Shown here: positions 53,801 to 64,000 of the stretch, one piece after another
How positions within the stretch are numbered: the first letter of the stretch is position 1
Layout: every line of letters starts with the position of its first letter
The notes under the pieces: generated by a model
Databases searched by the model: none
What the model saw: the letters and a program-made list of their open reading frames with translations, nothing else
What the model was told of the DNA's origin: nothing
NCBI GenBank assembly: GCA_030141605.1
Contig: JAQGDQ010000049.1
Location: forward strand, 62,001-126,000
DNA length: 64,000 bases
Source: Tubiluchus corallicola
Taxonomy: Eukaryota; Animalia; Priapulida
Direction: 5' to 3'
Made by a program: the position numbers and the translations under genes

Positions 53801-56800
53801 AATTGTGTTTCAGGATATACAGGCACCAACTGTGAAAAAATTATTGATTTTTGCAGTCTCAACCGTTGTTTGAATGGTGCAACATGTACAAATCTTGCTA
53901 GCTCATTTAGATGTACATGTCATCCAGGTTATGCAGGTACTTTCTGTGAAACAAATGTAGATGATTGTGCATCTAATCCCTGTTTAGATGATGAAACTTG
54001 TGTGGATGGTGTAAATTCTTACAGCTGCAATTGTTTATTAGGTTATAAACAAATCTGCTCTCAAGGAAAGTGTTTGTCTGGTCGCTTAAATACTACAGTT
54101 TTTGAGTATGGTTTGAGCTGCACTTCCTTGCCACTAACAGCGTGTGAAATCGAGCAAGCAAATACTAATCTTCACTTGTTAGGAGTTGATAAAGAAATTG
54201 CTCAAGTTGATCGACCAGAGTGTTCTGAAGCGGGTCATAGTCCTTTGCAATTTCATGATAGCCTTGGTTTCACTTGGTGCGTGTTGCAGTCTGGCCAGGC
54301 ACTTCCTGGAACTAAGAGGCAAAAGGGAATCTTACCTGTTGACTGTAATACTTTGTCGAGTAGATCAGGTATTTGTCCTAACATCACTGAAAATTTTCGT
54401 GACATTGATTGTTCTGCTCAAGATCATCAAGGTTTGTCATGTAGCAGTGATAATGACTGCTTACCTAAACACAAGTGTTGCATGATTGGTGCGTGTGGGA
54501 AGATTTGCACTTTCGCTGTGTTAAGCTCAGGAAAGCTTGGGGTATGTCCGATGCGAGATTTCTTACACAAAAGTGAATGCCCAAGTAAGGTCTGTGCAAC
54601 TGATGATGACTGCAGTGGCGATAAAAAGTGTTGCAGGTTTTTTGAATGTGGTTACGTCTGTGTGTCTCCAATTACAATTGAGAATAAACCAGGTAGATGT
54701 TACGATGCAAGTACATTTATTAATTTGGAGTGTCCTACCAAATTTTGTAATAGTGATATTAACTGTCCTGCTGACCAAAAATGCTGTTATTTTGATGGAT
54801 GTGGTAATGTATGCTACATGCCCATAATGAATGGAAATAAGCCAGGCCATTGTTATGATCCTAGTAAACTTGATGGTTTTCAATGCCCAAGTCAATTCTG
54901 CCAGGATGATCAGGATTGTCCAGCTAAAAACAAATGTTGTTGGTTTGATGCTTGCGGTAGTGTTTGCTCTACTCCGATAGAGTCAGAAGAAAGGCGGGGA
55001 GTTTGTTTCATTAGTGCTGATTTTGGACATTCATGTCCAAAGCAAACTTGTTACAATGACATAGATTGTCCACCAGAAGAGAAATGTTGCTTTTCTGCAG
55101 AATGTGGAAGTGTCTGCAGTAAACCATTATACAATGGTGTAAAGCCTGGTATATGCCCAAACTTTGTAAATGATGCTAAGTGCCAACGGAGGTCTTGTAT
55201 TAATGACGTTCACTGTCCTGGGCTACAGAAATGTTGTGGAACTACATCTTGTGGCGATGTTTGCTTAATGCCAGCAGTTGCTGGTTTACAAGATTGCAAA
55301 TTTAGCATAGAAAACTGCAAGAAGAAATGTGTATTTGGGTATTTGGAAGATACTAAAACACTTTGCCTTACATGTGATTGTAAACCATCTCCATGTAAAA
55401 ATGTTAGGTGCCCGGGTTCATTAACATGTGAAGTAACAAAAGTAAAGTGTGGTAGCTCTTTTTGTCCATACCTGGCAAACTGCGTTGAACACTTGAAGGA
55501 AGGAAAGTGTCCCAGAGCAGACAAATTTCTTGAAAGAAGCTGTCCATCTCAGCTTTGTAGAACTGATGCAGGTTGTCCGGGAGAGGAAAAGTGCTGCTTA
55601 TTTCGAGGATGTGGGAGAGCATGTGTTTCGCCCGAAATGACAGCATGCCAGATCGAACAAACAAATTTAAATTTACAGCTGTTAACTGCGGAAACTCCAA
55701 GAACATCCAAGTCAAAATGTCTCAGTAATGGAAATTATAAACCACTACAGTTTGACGAAAATTTCAGTTCTTCTTTGTGTGTTTCTTATAATGGCATTGC
55801 AATTCCTGGAACAAAACAGCAAGTTCGAAGCTTGCCCTTTGACTGTAATGTTGCCAGAAATAAAAGCGGTGTTTGTCAAAGGTCCACTGTGCTAAAAAGT
55901 AGCGAGTGTCCAACTCAAGTTTGTATTAGTGATAGTGAATGCCCAGGAGATAAGAGATGCTGCTATTTCGACGCATGTGGAAAGGTTTGTTACACCCCAA
56001 TATTAAATATAAATAAACCAGGAGTTTGCCACTCACATTATAATGAAAGTGAATGTCCAATCTTGCCTTGTATTAACGATGTTGACTGTTTAAAAGAAGA
56101 AAAGTGTTGTTATTTTGAAGCATGTGGACATGTTTGTGTTTCTCCCTTGAAACCTACTAAGAAACCAGGGTCCTGTTATAGATCTAGCGAATTTAACGGT
56201 AAAAGCTGCCCCACATCATTTTGCAATGTCGATATTGACTGCCCTTTTGAGGAGAAATGTTGCCATTTTGCAGTGTGTGGCAGAGTGTGCTATAAGCCAC
56301 TGATGCTGGGAGTTAAACCTGGAATTTGTTTTGATGAAAACTACCTTAGTGGCAAAAGATGTCCCCGCAACACGTGCAAGACTGATGCTGACTGCGACGG
56401 ACTTGAAAAATGTTGTCAGTTTAGCAAGTGTGGAAACGTGTGCACAAGGCCTTTATTATCCGTAAATAAGCCTGGTATATGTTATGGATATGATGAGTTT
56501 GAATTCAGAAAATGCCCAGTTGCATCATGCCACAATGATATTCACTGCCCTGCAGAAGAGAAGTGCTGTGCATTTAGAAAATGTGGTAATGTTTGTTATA
56601 AACCAATGACACTTGTTGAAAAGCCAGGGAAATGTCCATCATTAATGTTCAGAAACAGAGCATGTCCTACGCAGGTTTGCAAAAATGACCTTGATTGCCT
56701 TGGAGAAAAAAAGTGTTGCGAACTTGTTTCTTGTGGTCAAGTGTGTTTTACGCCCCTTAACACTGCATGTAACTTTAGTATTTATGATTGTCAAATAGAC

Positions 56801-59800
56801 TGTATCTACGGCTATGTAAATGATGCTGAAGCTCTCTGCCCTACTTGTGCATGCAAGCCTTCTCCATGTTTTGGTATTAAGTGCCCAGAATTGCAAAAGT
56901 GTGAAGTTATTGACACTGATTGTAATACTTCTTCTTGTCCAAAACTTGCTAAATGTACATCGGTTAAAAAAGCCAGATTATGCCCTTCTCCTAGGCTTTT
57001 TGACAGCAGTCCCTGCCCCATTCAAGCATGTTATTTTGACAGAGATTGCCCAACAGAGGAGATATGCTGTTATTTTACGGCATGTGGTGGCGTCTGCATT
57101 ACACCTAAATTAACACCTTGTCAGATAGAATATGCAAATGCTCATTTAAAACCTTCTGTTTCTGTAATTCCTAAATGCTTGGATAATGGTGACTTTAAGC
57201 CAATCCAGAATTCGCATACTACAGGCTATTCATGGTGTGTCAGCAAACATGGTACGCCAATTCCAGGAACAAAGCAACCACCAGAATCACTGTTTATTGT
57301 TTGTAACTTTGGTCAAAGAACAGAATCACCCATATGCTCTTTTAGCATGGACAAATGCCCTAACAAGTGCATTCATGGCAACTTAGTCGATATGAATACC
57401 TTGTGCCCAATTTGCGACTGTAAACCGTCTCCATGTCAACATGTAAGTTGCTCAGCTTCACAACAATGTGAGCTGGCAGATGTTGATTGTGGTTTCGAAT
57501 TTTGTCCTAAACTAGCGAAGTGTTCTAACGTTTTTAAACCAGGAGTGTGTCCAAGGAAAAGTACAGCTTTTGATAGTACCATTTCTGGTCAACCCTGTGT
57601 TGATGATTTTGAGTGCCCAGCAGAAGAAAGATGCTGTGAACGAGTTTGTGCAACTCCAGTACTCACTGTGTGTGAAATTGAACAAGCTAATTTCAAACTT
57701 ATGAGTCAAGTGTCAGATTTTGATAGTAAAACTGCAGATGCCTCTCAGCCTAGTTGTCATGTCAAGGGATACTATAATACTATTCAGATTAATAAAAACC
57801 GTGGTATTTTTTGGTGTGTTAACAAAGATGGCTTCCCCGTGCCTTATTCAAAACAAAAATTGGAATTATATGTTTCAGTTTTTACAAGTTGCCATTCAGT
57901 AGTAAACTATGCAAGACATTGTTATGATACGAATTATTTCGAAAAACAAAAGTGCCCCTCAGTATTATGTAAAAATGACAGTGATTGCCCAGTATCTGAA
58001 ATATGCTGTCATTTTGATGTATGTGGGAAAGTTTGTTCTCCTCAACTGTTGTCTGTTAACAAACCAGGTATTTGTCCTAAGCCAAGTAAGCTCAGCCAAA
58101 GCGATTGCCCCCCTCACTCTTGCAGCAATGATATTTACTGCCAAGGTTCACAAAAATGCTGCCGATTTGATCATTGTGGAAGCGTTTGCATTAGACCTGT
58201 GCCAGTTGTAAATAAAACAGAGTTATGTCATATTGAAGATAAATACGAAAGCATACAGTGTCCCACCGAATCATGTGAAGTAGACCATGACTGTACAGGT
58301 AACAAAAAGTGCTGCTTTTCTCAGAAATGTGGAAACATTTGTTTATTGCCCATATATTCTGAAAACAAGCCAGGTCTTTGTCCTACTGCTAAAAGCAGTT
58401 CAGGCAAGTGCCCTACCAAAGCTTGTGCTAATGATGTAGAGTGTCCTCTAAAACAGAAATGCTGCCAAGTTGCAGATTGTGGAATGGTATGCTCTGAGCC
58501 ACTGCTTGATATAAGAAAATCAGGCATGTGCCCTGAAAAAGAAGGAATCACAAAATGTAATAATCGTAGTTGTAATGCAGACACCGATTGTCATGGTGTG
58601 GAGAAATGCTGCACATCTGCTTCTTGTGGAAAAGTATGCTCTATGCCAATTGGTGTTAGACATCAAGTTTGTGAAGTGTCTATTGAAGAATGCCCAGTTA
58701 AATGTGTGCATGGGTATGAATTTGATAACCAAACACTTTGTCCCACTTGTAACTGCAAACCTTCTCCGTGCAATAAAATTAAATGTGGTGAATCAGAAGA
58801 ATGTATTCTAATCTATGTGGATTGCAACAGTGATTTTTGTCCTAAACTAGCAAAGTGTTTAGTTATGAGGAAAATTGGAACTTGTCCCCAAAATGTGACC
58901 ACCACTGTGAAGCTTGGTTTGCCTATGCACTGTACAGTTGACAGTCAATGTAGTGCAGAGGAAAAGTGTTGTCAGTTTGAGAAATTCGGGACTATATGTG
59001 TAACTCCATGGCTATCTGTTTGCCAAACTGAATTTACAATATTCATTGCCAAAATGCAAAGAAAGTCAAAATATTTACCAGAACTCTACAGACCACTTTG
59101 CTTAAAGAATGGAGATTATAATACTCTACAAACTCATAATAATTTTTCTTGGTGCGTTACACAAGAGGGAATACCAGTTCCTGGTACAAAAAGGTCACTT
59201 GATTTGTCACCATTTGACTGTGCCGTTTTGCAGGAAAAGCCTGGAATTTGTAACGGTTTTGGAAAGTACAGTAGTGTTAACTGTCCTAGACATTCTTGTG
59301 TAACAGATATTGATTGTCCAGCAGAAGAAAAATGTTGTGACATTGAGCATTGTGGAAAAGTTTGTCACACGCCATTATTAAATATTAACAAGCCAGGAGT
59401 ATGCCAACCTCCAGATTACTTTAAGGGAAAAAAGTGCCCATCACAGCCATGCACAAATGATATTTATTGCAAAGATAACAAAAAGTGTTGCCAGTTTTTT
59501 GCTTGCGGACATATTTGCTCTGATCCCATCACAGTTGAGAGCAAGCCTGGTACTTGTTATGGATCAAAAAAACTAAAAGGTAAAAATTGTCCACAGCAGC
59601 AATGCAGTAATGACTTTGGCTGCCCATCGTCTATGAAATGTTGTACTTTTGAGGGTTGTGGACGGGTTTGCTATACAGCCAATTTGGTACAAAGTACTCA
59701 AGGTTTTTGTTCTGAAAACAAAGAAATTGTGGAATGTCCACAACAGTTGTGTGAAAGTGACTTTGATTGTTACTCTGGCGAAAAATGTTGTCATTCTGAT

Positions 59801-62800
59801 GAATGTGGAAATGTTTGCTCTGTCCCCGTACTGTCTATAAACAATCCAGGTATCTGCCCAGATTTTAATATATTTCACGACAGTACTTGTCCTTCACGAA
59901 CTTGCCAAAATGATATCGATTGCAAACTTACAGAAAAGTGTTGCCTATTTAATAAGTGTGGCAGCGTTTGCTACACCCCTATCTTATCTGGTATAAAAGA
60001 AGGAGTTTGTCCTGTGGAAACTCTAAGCAATGACTGTATTGGTCAACCATGTCTGAATGATGTTGACTGCTTCGGTAGGCAAAAATGCTGTAACATATTA
60101 TCATGTGGGAAAATATGTGTGCAACCACCAAAATTTGGTCTGGAGGCATGCCATTTTGAAGAAAAAGATTGTGCAAAAAAGTGTGTTTATGGATACCAAA
60201 TTCATTATGAAACGCTATGTCCTACTTGCAAATGTAAAGACTCTCTTTGTGAAAGTATAAAATGTAATAGGACACAAGTGTGTAAAGTTGTAGATTTGGG
60301 CTGCAATAATAATTACTGTTCAAAACTTCCAAAATGTTTTGATGTTCCAATAAAACCTGGAACATGTCCAAATACATATAACTTTACCAGAAACGATTCT
60401 CTACTTTCACCTTGTGACAACGATGCAAGCTGCCAAGCTGAAGAAAAATGCTGCCATTTTGTAAATTTTGGTTGGATTTGCATTACTCCTTTATTAACGG
60501 CATGTCAGGTAGATCGAGCTAATGCTCATTATAAGATATCAAACACTAGAAGCACAGCTAACGAAATATATGTACCACAGTGCGATAATGGTGGCATGTA
60601 TAGTGAAATTCAAATAGATAACATTACTGGCTATTTCTGGTGTGTTACCGCAGAAGGAGATCCACTTCCTGGGACAAAAAAGCTTCTGGAATCATCTTCT
60701 CCTAACTGCACTGCAGTAACAGCCAAAAAGGGGTTTTGCTCTGATTTTTTAAACATTGATTTTACCAGCTGTTCAAACCAATGCAGCAATGATAGTGATT
60801 GTCCAATGGATGAAAAGTGCTGCTGGAATGATAAATGCGGTAGTGTATGTTCTAGTCCATTGCTGAATGTTAATAAACCTGGCATTTGTTATGCTGCCAA
60901 CTTTTTTCAAAGAGCTGACTGTCCATTGCAGACATGTGCTAATGACATCGATTGTCCAAATTTGCAAAAATGTTGCCGGTTCAGAGAGTGTGGATGGGTT
61001 TGTTCATCTCCTTTAATAATTACAAGCAGGCCTGGAACGTGTTATAATGTAAAGAATGTGGATGTTGCATTATGTCCACCTCAGTCTTGTAGCAGTGATA
61101 ATGAGTGCCCACGAAAGGAGAAGTGCTGCTGGCTCAAAGAATGTGGCTTTGTTTGCATTGACCCGATACAGAACAAAGCTAAACCAGGAACTTGTCACAA
61201 TTCTGAAAAACTTATGGACAGTGAATGTCCAAGCACATTTTGCAAAGTGGACAGTGATTGCCCAAATGATGACAAGTGTTGTTTTTTTAATGGCTGTGGA
61301 AATGTCTGTTTCCAGTCAATTCTTTCAGTAAACAAACGAGGAATTTGTCCTAATCCCAAATCATTAAAATATGGAAATTCATCTTGTCCATCTCTGTTTT
61401 GTTACAATGATATTGACTGTCCATTAGAAGAGAAGTGCTGCAATATTGAGAACTGTGGGAGTATCTGTCTCATGCCAATAACATTCATAGCAAAATCTGG
61501 ACTTTGCCCCAAAAGCTCTGACAACAGAAGCTGTTTTGGGCAACCATGTAGTAATGATATAGACTGCCCTGACAAACAAAAATGTTGCCAATCTGATTTT
61601 TGTAGTAGCAGGTGCACTAATCCAATACATAACACTTCTCTGAGCTGTGCTGTTAACATTGAAGACTGTCAGCTTTCTTGTCTTTATGGGTATACTGTGG
61701 ACGACATTACTCTTTGCGCAATTTGTCAATGTAAGCCTTCCCCGTGTGAAGATGTTCAATGTCCTCCATTACAGGAATGCAGAACAGTTGATTCATCAGA
61801 GTGTGGAATGGCTTTTTGTCCAAAACTTGCAAAATGTGTGTCTAGTAATTTGTGGACAACAAATGCAGGAAACTTGTTAGAAGTGAGAGGAGTTTGCCAA
61901 GATTTTAATACTTTTGATGGCAGATTATGTCCTAAAAAAGCTTGTGAGCACGATGATAATTGTGGCCCAAGAATGAAATGCTGTAACTTTAATACATGCG
62001 GGAATGTATGTCATACTACGGTGTTAACAGCTTGCTTAATTGAAGAATTAAATGCCGACTTGAAGATGTCTAATTTAAATTCCTTAGCAGAAGGTGTTTT
62101 TCGACCTCACTGCACAAATTCCGGTGTTTACAGTCCCGTTCAATTTCATCACAGCGGGAGTTATTCTTGGTGTACAACAGAAGCAGGTCAACCAATTCCT
62201 GGAACGACACAGTCGATTGGGTCCTTACCTATTGCTTGCGACGTCTTCAGAAGTAAACCTGGCAATTGTTTCGATTCTGATAAGTTTAAGGAAGATAAAA
62301 GGGCATGTCCAATACAGTCATGTGAAAAAGACAGTGATTGTTTGGGAGACCAGAAATGTTGTTACTTTAATGCATGTGGATATGTGTGTATTACTCCGTC
62401 ACCACTATATATCAATAAAGCAGGAATATGCCATGAACCAAAATATTTTAATGGTACACAATGCCCAGCTAAGTCATGCACAAATGATATTCATTGTCCA
62501 GCAGATCAAAAATGTTGTCACTTTGTTGCATGTGGTAGTGTTTGTTCTGCTCCGATATCAAATAAGGAGTTTAATTTATGTAACGACATCTGCAAATGTG
62601 TTAAAAAACCCTGCTCATCAGATGCATACTGCACTGGTGACCAAAATTGTTCCTATTCTCAAAGATGTGGCACTGTCTGCAATGTGGTTGTACTAAATAA
62701 AAGTGAGCATGATGGTTGCTATAATAATGCTAATAAACGGATAGAATGTCTTAATGATCAAGGTAATGTTTTGAAGTGTGAACATAACAAAAACTGTCCC

Positions 62801-64000
62801 AATGAGAAAAAGTGCTGTACTTTTAATGCTTGCAATTCATTATGTACAAGTTTAGCATTATCGCTGAATAAACGGGGGATTTGTCCTCCTTTTCTTTATC
62901 CAAGTGACAAGTTTTGTCCTAGTCAGGCATGCTATAATGACATTGATTGTCCTTCAGATAAAAAGTGTTGTTATTTGGAAACATGCGGACCTGTTTGCTA
63001 TAGCCCATTGACGTTTGAACTGAAGCCTGGCTTATGTATTGACAGAATTGGCTTAAGCAAGTGTCCGCTTCATAAATGTGTTAAAGACTCGGATTGTCAA
63101 GGATTAGCAAAATGTTGTCCATCTGCCCGATGTGGCAATGTTTGCACAATTCCGATACTGAATGGCTTACAGATCTGTATGTACAATATAGAAGAGTGTC
63201 CTTTAAAATGTGACTATGGATACACACTTGATGATGAGACACTTTGCCCCATTTGCAAGTGTAAACATTCTCCATGTGAAGGTGTCGTCTGTCCAGGTTC
63301 GCAGGTTTGCAATACAGTTATTATAAAGTGTGGAAGCGTGTCTTGTCCTGCCCTAGCAAGATGTGAGGACATTCAAAGAAGTAAAGTTGGCACTTGTCCT
63401 GAATTCGGTAATTTGACAAGAAGTGAGTGTCCAAAGTTGTTGTGCAACGCAGATGCAGATTGTCCTGCCGAAGAAAAGTGCTGTCCATTTACAGAATGTG
63501 GAAGAATTTGCTCCATACCTATATTAACTGCTTGCCAAGTTGAGCAAACAAACAGTGATGTATTACTCCTACAGCCGTATTCAGGAGCTTACATGCATCG
63601 TCCTCAGTGTTTAAGTAATGGAGAATACAGTCCATTGCAGTTTCATAATACGATCGGTTACGCTTGGTGTGTTCTGCAACATGGTCAACCCATTCCAGGG
63701 ACAAAACTGTCAGCAGACTCTATACAAGCATCAATGTGTGTGGAAGCTAGACGGAGTAGTCGAGTATGTTGGCATTCTGCAGCATATAAGTTTGGTAAGT
63801 GCTCAGGGCAATCGTGCCACCATGATAATGAATGCAATGAAACAGAATTGTGCTGTGAGACTGCCAGCTGCGGAAGGGTGTGCTCCATCCCTTTGACCAT
63901 TGGCCCAAATTTATGTGAATTTGAAGAAGCTGACTGTCTTACGAAATGTATCTATGGTTATTCAGTTCACAAGACAACTCTTTGTCCTTCTTGTAAATGC
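50801..64000 (+). CDS. Giant intronless secreted cysteine-rich protein: signal peptide - CUB - 24 EGF - (thyroglobulin-1 / WAP / antistasin-like) super-repeats; 3' end outside window (>=4400 aa)
   Basis: Manual translation of + frame 2: in-frame TGA at 50783, ATGs at 50801/50822/50834 ([17 protein letters not shown] signal-like), then no stop through ...TTLCPSCKC at 64000. Every + strand track ORF in this span lies in another frame, consistent with frame 2 never closing. Confidence 0.93.
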   Translation, partial: MSEVDYPMCCGMLSKLLVWFSLASVVDTISWPYFPIEELCSTVFKNNSSDDILIRDINATVISSPSPNYENVPDDADNCTNYIKFIYPNDKVSAKRHYVIRFIKLELDCSNDYIQIGHGDPVVWDDTICVHDGTPFTWYVTNSKMVGHIHVRFQTDGIKTSHSGFEFWVTSVPVVRNTCKDNLCQNGTCVTNPKNFLGVYVCQCELGFTGFYCETDFNECEWDPCLNDGTCSNIPGSYICICPTGTAGEWCEKDTANECTSKPCIYGECRDGFGSYTCSCQLGYEGINCQINADECASSPCLNNATCLDGVNSYSCSCGAGYTGIYCETNIDECASNPCSNGATCADGVNSWSCICVLGYVGVTCKEEVNACDYGLCRNGATCIIENDLSYKCLCVAGYTGIACDENIDECISNPCLNGATCLDNVNSYNCSCVVGYTGITCDINIDECVSSPCLNGATCLDNLNSYNCSCVAGYMGIYCESIDECASSPCLNDATCLDDINYYNCTCIAGYTGKNCELNIDECASLPCLNNASCSDYLNSYNCSCVAGYVGIFCEINVDECFSSPCLHDATCLDDVNSYNCLCITGYIGTLCETNENDCASDPCLNGATCLDGVNSYNCSCLPGYSGINCEVNINECTSSPCLNGATCLDDVNSYNCLCVAGYEGFSCELNTNECASSPCINGATCLDGVNSYNCSCLPGYSGINCEVNINECTSSPCLNGATCLDDVNSYNCLCVAGYEGFSCELNTNECASSPCINGATCLDGVNSYNCSCLPGYSGINCEVNINECTSSPCLNGATCLDDVNSYNCLCVAGYEGFSCELNTNECASSPCINGATCLDGVNSYNCSCLPGYSGINCEVNINECNSNPCLNVAICLDDVNSYSCSCAAGYVGTYCEVNIDECVSSPCLNGATCVDSVNSWSCICSSDYTGTTCEETISDLACGLCFNGATCVGNFNSFTCVCLPGYTDINCETNIDECKSKPCLNGAICVDSINSYVCNCVSGYTGTNCEKIIDFCSLNRCLNGATCTNLASSFRCTCHPGYAGTFCETNVDDCASNPCLDDETCVDGVNSYSCNCLLGYKQICSQGKCLSGRLNTTVFEYGLSCTSLPLTACEIEQANTNLHLLGVDKEIAQVDRPECSEAGHSPLQFHDSLGFTWCVLQSGQALPGTKRQKGILPVDCNTLSSRSGICPNITENFRDIDCSAQDHQGLSCSSDNDCLPKHKCCMIGACGKICTFAVLSSGKLGVCPMRDFLHKSECPSKVCATDDDCSGDKKCCRFFECGYVCVSPITIENKPGRCYDASTFINLECPTKFCNSDINCPADQKCCYFDGCGNVCYMPIMNGNKPGHCYDPSKLDGFQCPSQFCQDDQDCPAKNKCCWFDACGSVCSTPIESEERRGVCFISADFGHSCPKQTCYNDIDCPPEEKCCFSAECGSVCSKPLYNGVKPGICPNFVNDAKCQRRSCINDVHCPGLQKCCGTTSCGDVCLMPAVAGLQDCKFSIENCKKKCVFGYLEDTKTLCLTCDCKPSPCKNVRCPGSLTCEVTKVKCGSSFCPYLANCVEHLKEGKCPRADKFLERSCPSQLCRTDAGCPGEEKCCLFRGCGRACVSPEMTACQIEQTNLNLQLLTAETPRTSKSKCLSNGNYKPLQFDENFSSSLCVSYNGIAIPGTKQQVRSLPFDCNVARNKSGVCQRSTVLKSSECPTQVCISDSECPGDKRCCYFDACGKVCYTPILNINKPGVCHSHYNESECPILPCINDVDCLKEEKCCYFEACGHVCVSPLKPTKKPGSCYRSSEFNGKSCPTSFCNVDIDCPFEEKCCHFAVCGRVCYKPLMLGVKPGICFDENYLSGKRCPRNTCKTDADCDGLEKCCQFSKCGNVCTRPLLSVNKPGICYGYDEFEFRKCPVASCHNDIHCPAEEKCCAFRKCGNVCYKPMTLVEKPGKCPSLMFRNRACPTQVCKNDLDCLGEKKCCELVSCGQVCFTPLNTACNFSIYDCQIDCIYGYVNDAEALCPTCACKPSPCFGIKCPELQKCEVIDTDCNTSSCPKLAKCTSVKKARLCPSPRLFDSSPCPIQACYFDRDCPTEEICCYFTACGGVCITPKLTPCQIEYANAHLKPSVSVIPKCLDNGDFKPIQNSHTTGYSWCVSKHGTPIPGTKQPPESLFIVCNFGQRTESPICSFSMDKCPNKCIHGNLVDMNTLCPICDCKPSPCQHVSCSASQQCELADVDCGFEFCPKLAKCSNVFKPGVCPRKSTAFDSTISGQPCVDDFECPAEERCCERVCATPVLTVCEIEQANFKLMSQVSDFDSKTADASQPSCHVKGYYNTIQINKNRGIFWCVNKDGFPVPYSKQKLELYVSVFTSCHSVVNYARHCYDTNYFEKQKCPSVLCKNDSDCPVSEICCHFDVCGKVCSPQLLSVNKPGICPKPSKLSQSDCPPHSCSNDIYCQGSQKCCRFDHCGSVCIRPVPVVNKTELCHIEDKYESIQCPTESCEVDHDCTGNKKCCFSQKCGNICLLPIYSENKPGLCPTAKSSSGKCPTKACANDVECPLKQKCCQVADCGMVCSEPLLDIRKSGMCPEKEGITKCNNRSCNADTDCHGVEKCCTSASCGKVCSMPIGVRHQVCEVSIEECPVKCVHGYEFDNQTLCPTCNCKPSPCNKIKCGESEECILIYVDCNSDFCPKLAKCLVMRKIGTCPQNVTTTVKLGLPMHCTVDSQCSAEEKCCQFEKFGTICVTPWLSVCQTEFTIFIAKMQRKSKYLPELYRPLCLKNGDYNTLQTHNNFSWCVTQEGIPVPGTKRSLDLSPFDCAVLQEKPGICNGFGKYSSVNCPRHSCVTDIDCPAEEKCCDIEHCGKVCHTPLLNINKPGVCQPPDYFKGKKCPSQPCTNDIYCKDNKKCCQFFACGHICSDPITVESKPGTCYGSKKLKGKNCPQQQCSNDFGCPSSMKCCTFEGCGRVCYTANLVQSTQGFCSENKEIVECPQQLCESDFDCYSGEKCCHSDECGNVCSVPVLSINNPGICPDFNIFHDSTCPSRTCQNDIDCKLTEKCCLFNKCGSVCYTPILSGIKEGVCPVETLSNDCIGQPCLNDVDCFGRQKCCNILSCGKICVQPPKFGLEACHFEEKDCAKKCVYGYQIHYETLCPTCKCKDSLCESIKCNRTQVCKVVDLGCNNNYCSKLPKCFDVPIKPGTCPNTYNFTRNDSLLSPCDNDASCQAEEKCCHFVNFGWICITPLLTACQVDRANAHYKISNTRSTANEIYVPQCDNGGMYSEIQIDNITGYFWCVTAEGDPLPGTKKLLESSSPNCTAVTAKKGFCSDFLNIDFTSCSNQCSNDSDCPMDEKCCWNDKCGSVCSSPLLNVNKPGICYAANFFQRADCPLQTCANDIDCPNLQKCCRFRECGWVCSSPLIITSRPGTCYNVKNVDVALCPPQSCSSDNECPRKEKCCWLKECGFVCIDPIQNKAKPGTCHNSEKLMDSECPSTFCKVDSDCPNDDKCCFFNGCGNVCFQSILSVNKRGICPNPKSLKYGNSSCPSLFCYNDIDCPLEEKCCNIENCGSICLMPITFIAKSGLCPKSSDNRSCFGQPCSNDIDCPDKQKCCQSDFCSSRCTNPIHNTSLSCAVNIEDCQLSCLYGYTVDDITLCAICQCKPSPCEDVQCPPLQECRTVDSSECGMAFCPKLAKCVSSNLWTTNAGNLLEVRGVCQDFNTFDGRLCPKKACEHDDNCGPRMKCCNFNTCGNVCHTTVLTACLIEELNADLKMSNLNSLAEGVFRPHCTNSGVYSPVQFHHSGSYSWCTTEAGQPIPGTTQSIGSLPIACDVFRSKPGNCFDSDKFKEDKRACPIQSCEKDSDCLGDQKCCYFNACGYVCITPSPLYINKAGICHEPKYFNGTQCPAKSCTNDIHCPADQKCCHFVACGSVCSAPISNKEFNLCNDICKCVKKPCSSDAYCTGDQNCSYSQRCGTVCNVVVLNKSEHDGCYNNANKRIECLNDQGNVLKCEHNKNCPNEKKCCTFNACNSLCTSLALSLNKRGICPPFLYPSDKFCPSQACYNDIDCPSDKKCCYLETCGPVCYSPLTFELKPGLCIDRIGLSKCPLHKCVKDSDCQGLAKCCPSARCGNVCTIPILNGLQICMYNIEECPLKCDYGYTLDDETLCPICKCKHSPCEGVVCPGSQVCNTVIIKCGSVSCPALARCEDIQRSKVGTCPEFGNLTRSECPKLLCNADADCPAEEKCCPFTECGRICSIPILTACQVEQTNSDVLLLQPYSGAYMHRPQCLSNGEYSPLQFHNTIGYAWCVLQHGQPIPGTKLSADSIQASMCVEARRSSRVCWHSAAYKFGKCSGQSCHHDNECNETELCCETASCGRVCSIPLTIGPNLCEFEEADCLTKCIYGYSVHKTTLCPSCKC
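50918..51310 (+). other. CUB domain of the giant protein
   Basis: C...[11 protein letters not shown]...DNCTNYI...[17 protein letters not shown]...TIC...IHVRFQTDG...SGFEFWV matches CUB hallmarks (SPNY, CxxDY, VxFxSD, GF). Confidence 0.85.
51332..54058 (+). other. Array of 24 EGF-like domains, mostly calcium-binding Notch/fibropellin type
   Basis: Repeats such as [37 protein letters not shown] with ~114-bp period. Confidence 0.95.
52634..53399 (+). repeat. Near-identical coding tandem repeat, 228-bp unit (two EGFs), ~3.4 copies
   Basis: ttagatggtgtaaattcgtacaattg starts at 52634, 52862, 53090 and 53318; the only difference noticed is a synonymous GAA/GAG. Confidence 0.95.
54137..64000 (+). 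other. Protease-inhibitor-type super-repeat region: 8 thyroglobulin type-1, ~43 WAP, 8 antistasin-like and 7 six-Cys modules
   Basis: Tg1: TACxxE...PxCxxxGxYxxxQ...WCVxxxGxPIPGT...C with first Cys at 54143, 55646, 57119, 57671, 59021, 60503, 62033, 63533. WAP: KPGxC...CP...CxxDxDCPxxxKCC....CGxVC. Antistasin-like: C.....C...CxxGY..D..TLCPxCxC. Confidence 0.9.

Noticed and set aside
50801-54058. Calling the giant gene Notch, fibropellin, cubilin or papilin
   Set aside because: No LNR/ankyrin, avidin, multiple CUB, or TSP1/Kunitz domains are visible in the window; the similarity is limited to shared modules, so no gene symbol was assigned.
51672-63900. The many short track ORFs on both strands in this span, some with periodic His/Met/Leu patterns
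   Set aside because: Alternative-frame shadows of the repetitive Cys-rich frame-2 ORF.

Overview
AT-rich eukaryotic (invertebrate animal-like) genomic DNA. The first ~50 kb is mostly decayed retrotransposons (CR1/L2/RTE/Jockey-like LINE fragments), small inverted-repeat (MITE-like) elements, a 40-bp minisatellite and many microsatellites. It also holds one intronless gene on the minus strand (27225-28799) for a secreted, probably GPI-anchored protein with two LRR modules. The main feature is missing from the supplied ORF track because it has no stop codon in the window: an open reading frame on + frame 2 from 50801 to beyond 64000 (at least 4400 codons, no introns). It encodes a signal peptide, a CUB domain and 24 Notch/fibropellin-type EGF repeats. 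These are followed by at least 8 copies of a ~500-aa super-repeat: thyroglobulin type-1 (4-Cys form), up to 6 WAP domains, an antistasin-like domain, a 6-Cys module and one more WAP. All domain calls and counts come from manual translation and motif recognition; no database searches were run.
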